Shown here in pieces: positions 62,519 through 64,000 of a stretch of DNA of 64,000 bases. Origin of the DNA: a virus; the IMG/VR virus record IMGVR_UViG_3300045988_121070, one strand, 5' to 3'. The translations under genes and the position numbers were made by a program. The first letter of the stretch is position 1, and each line of letters opens with the position of its first letter. Below the pieces are notes generated by a model, which saw only the letters and a program-made list of their open reading frames with translations, ran no database searches and was not told the DNA's origin.

Positions 62519-62869
62519 TTAAAGCCTGATTTCTTCCATTTTCTCCAGGTCAAAGATTGCGATCTGATTATTACGGCGGCCCAGTATTAAAGCGGTTTCG
62601 AGATCGTCACAAATAACTGTAGCGTCGTAGTAATATTTACCACTTTTAGAGTCAAGCCAACCGCCGATCGCGTTCACGGTGTCGGCGTGGTTCTGGGCGT
62701 AGTCTATAACAGAGAGAAGGCCGGCGGTGTCGTGGCTGTTCTGAGTAGCTGCCAGGGCTACGGCGTAACCTTTGTTAATTGGTTGCAAGGTCTGAGCGTT
62801 AACGGTGAATCCTTCAGGGTTAGCGGTTGCAATCTCCATGAGTGCGAGAACAAAAGCGGAATTTTTCAT
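62519..62869 (-). CDS. Hypothetical protein (116 aa)
   Basis: Start at MKNSAFVLALMEI (62869), downstream of the promoter. Confidence 0.55.
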   Translation of the reverse strand: MKNSAFVLALMEIATANPEGFTVNAQTLQPINKGYAVALAATQNSHDTAGLLSVIDYAQNHADTVNAIGGWLDSKSGKYYYDATVICDDLETALILGRRNNQIAIFDLEKMEEIRL

Positions 62870-62924
62870 ATTTTTTTTAATTTTGTGCGCCGGTGGCGCG
62901 GTGAATAACTTTTTAAATCTGCTG

Positions 62925-62956
62925 CAAAGGTAAAAATAAAATTTGATACTACCAAA
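62925..62956 (-). promoter_or_regulatory. Bacteroidota-type promoter (start of the long minus-strand block)
   Basis: The minus strand reads TTTG (62956-62953), a 20-nt spacer, then TACCTTTG (62932-62925). Confidence 0.55.
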
Positions 62957-63044
62957 CAAAAAACAAAATAAATTCGTATTTAATCGAATTTTTAACACTT
63001 ATAAACAAATTATACTTTGTTTTACCTTATTATATATATAAAAG

Positions 63045-63300
63045 CACACACCACCACCGGCACCACCTCGGCACCCTGGGCGGCGGTTCTGGCATCGATG
63101 AGCACCACCACCAGCGCGGGCACCCTTCAGGATGTCAGCAGCGCACACCACCACCGGCACCACCTCGGCACCCTGGGCGGCGTTCTGGCATCGATGAGCA
63201 CCACCACCAGCGCGGGCACCTCTTCAGGATGTCAGCAGAGCAACACCACCGGCCACCGATGGCGGGCACCACCTCGGCACCCTGGGCGGCGTTCTGGGTG
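63045..63300. repeat. GC-rich tandem repeat (about 2.5 copies, periods 97 and 109 nt)
   Basis: GGCACCACCTCGGCACCCTGGGCGGCG recurs at 63059, 63156 and 63265. Local G+C is about 68%, against about 48% elsewhere. The 97-nt period is not a multiple of 3. Confidence 0.8.
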
Positions 63301-63616
63301 ATGATCTGAGCCAGCCGGACACCCTCGGCACCTCTTCGAGGGCATCCGGCACCCTTCCAGGAGGGCCGGCGGCATATTTGCAGCAATTCAGGGGGAAGGG
63401 GGAGGGGGTGCCCATCCAGTGAGGCGGCGGTCGAGCGCGAGTGTGGGGCTGTTTTTTCGAGGTGGTTACTCTGAATATCAGATATTTACAAGCGATTTTG
63501 GGCGACACGCCACCACCGCACCCCTCAAATCTGTTGTAATTTTCAACACGGATTGCACATCGTTTTTGGGGTGTGCAAAATAATTCATTTTTCGCTATCA
63601 AACGAAAAAAAATCTA

Positions 63617-63703
63617 TTATTTCAACAATTCATTGATTTATGAATTGTTGAAATAATGGATTTATGAACAGAAAATACTAACCTGAGTGGGGTTAGTATT
63701 TTG
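63617..63703. repeat. Two strong palindromes
   Basis: TTATTTCAACAATTCAT-TGATTT-ATGAATTGTTGAAATAA (17-bp arms) and AAAATACTAACC-TGAGTGG-GGTTAGTATTTT (12-bp arms). Confidence 0.75.
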
Positions 63704-63780
63704 TTGTACTAAGGTTTGTACCAACCTAATTGGAGATTGGTACTGTGTTGTACTAAGGTTTGTACTAACCTGGGCGAATA

Positions 63781-64000
63781 GTTAGAGGAAAAATGACGTT
63801 GTTAGAGAAAAATAGTGTATGCAGTTAGAGAAAAATAGTGTAATGAGTTAGAGAAAAATGGTATAGAGAGGTATAGAAAGGTGTAAAAATGCGGTGTAGA
63901 AAGGTATAGAGCGCGATGCGGATAGTTAGAGAAAAAGATGCACGAAGTTAGAGAAAAATAGTGTAATGAGTTAGAGAAAAATGGTATAGAGAGGTATAGA
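63781..64000 (+). repeat. Iteron-like array of GTTAGAGAAAAAT (7 copies) that runs off the window
   Basis: Copies start at 63781, 63801, 63824, 63847, 63925, 63947 and 63970. Spacing is mostly 20-23 nt. A 54-nt super-repeat occurs at 63824-63877 and again at 63947-64000. Confidence 0.8.

Noticed and set aside
63045-63300. The GC-rich repeat as a template/variable repeat pair of a diversity-generating retroelement.
   Set aside because: The window has no reverse transcriptase, the copies differ by indels rather than adenine-specific substitutions, and the repeats are tandem rather than located at the 3' end of a target gene.
63781-64000. Regularly spaced direct repeats that could suggest a CRISPR array.
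   Set aside because: The repeat core is only about 13 nt and AT-rich. The spacers are about 8-10 nt and are themselves repeated (a 54-nt super-repeat). No cas genes are present. This fits iterons or operators better.

Overview
This 64-kb window looks like part of a tailed phage with plasmid-type maintenance genes (a phage-plasmid). The host is probably a Bacteroidota species: promoters fit -33 TTTG / -7 TAnnTTTG and there are no Shine-Dalgarno sites.

Gene layout:
- Minus-strand block, 1-29.4 kb: a 1938-aa tape measure protein, an ACP + ketoacyl-ACP synthase pair, ThyX-like, dUTPase, HNH endonuclease, beta clamp, an SSB-like protein, a 1215-aa primase/helicase, a DEDDh exonuclease and several DNA methyltransferases.
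- Plus-strand block, 29.6-45.2 kb: an XRE regulator, two more methyltransferases, three of the window's four radical-SAM enzymes (the fourth is at 4317-5147), a GNAT, YopX and small Cys-rich peptides.
- Second minus-strand block, 45.2-62.9 kb: Rep_3-like initiator with iterons, ParA plus an RHH protein, a truncated LigA, another N6A methyltransferase, a J-domain protein and many acidic small proteins.

Three things stand out:
1. At 17.3-21.2 kb there is a tandem array of 12 short cassettes resembling C5-methyltransferase target-recognition domains (TRDs). They surround a C5-methyltransferase core that appears circularly permuted. Almost every cassette ends in LIEYDL-stop, and that stop overlaps the next ATG.
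2. There are 21 G/C homopolymer tracts of 7-11 nt. Seventeen lie in methyltransferase-related ORFs, and about half are exactly 1 nt out of frame. This looks like a phase-variable methylome.
3. More than 50 small GC-rich palindromic modules are combined in mosaics. About 95% sit in one absolute strand orientation whatever the gene direction. They occupy intergenic gaps and also lie in frame inside coding linkers.

All functional calls come from reading motifs by eye. No database search was run.
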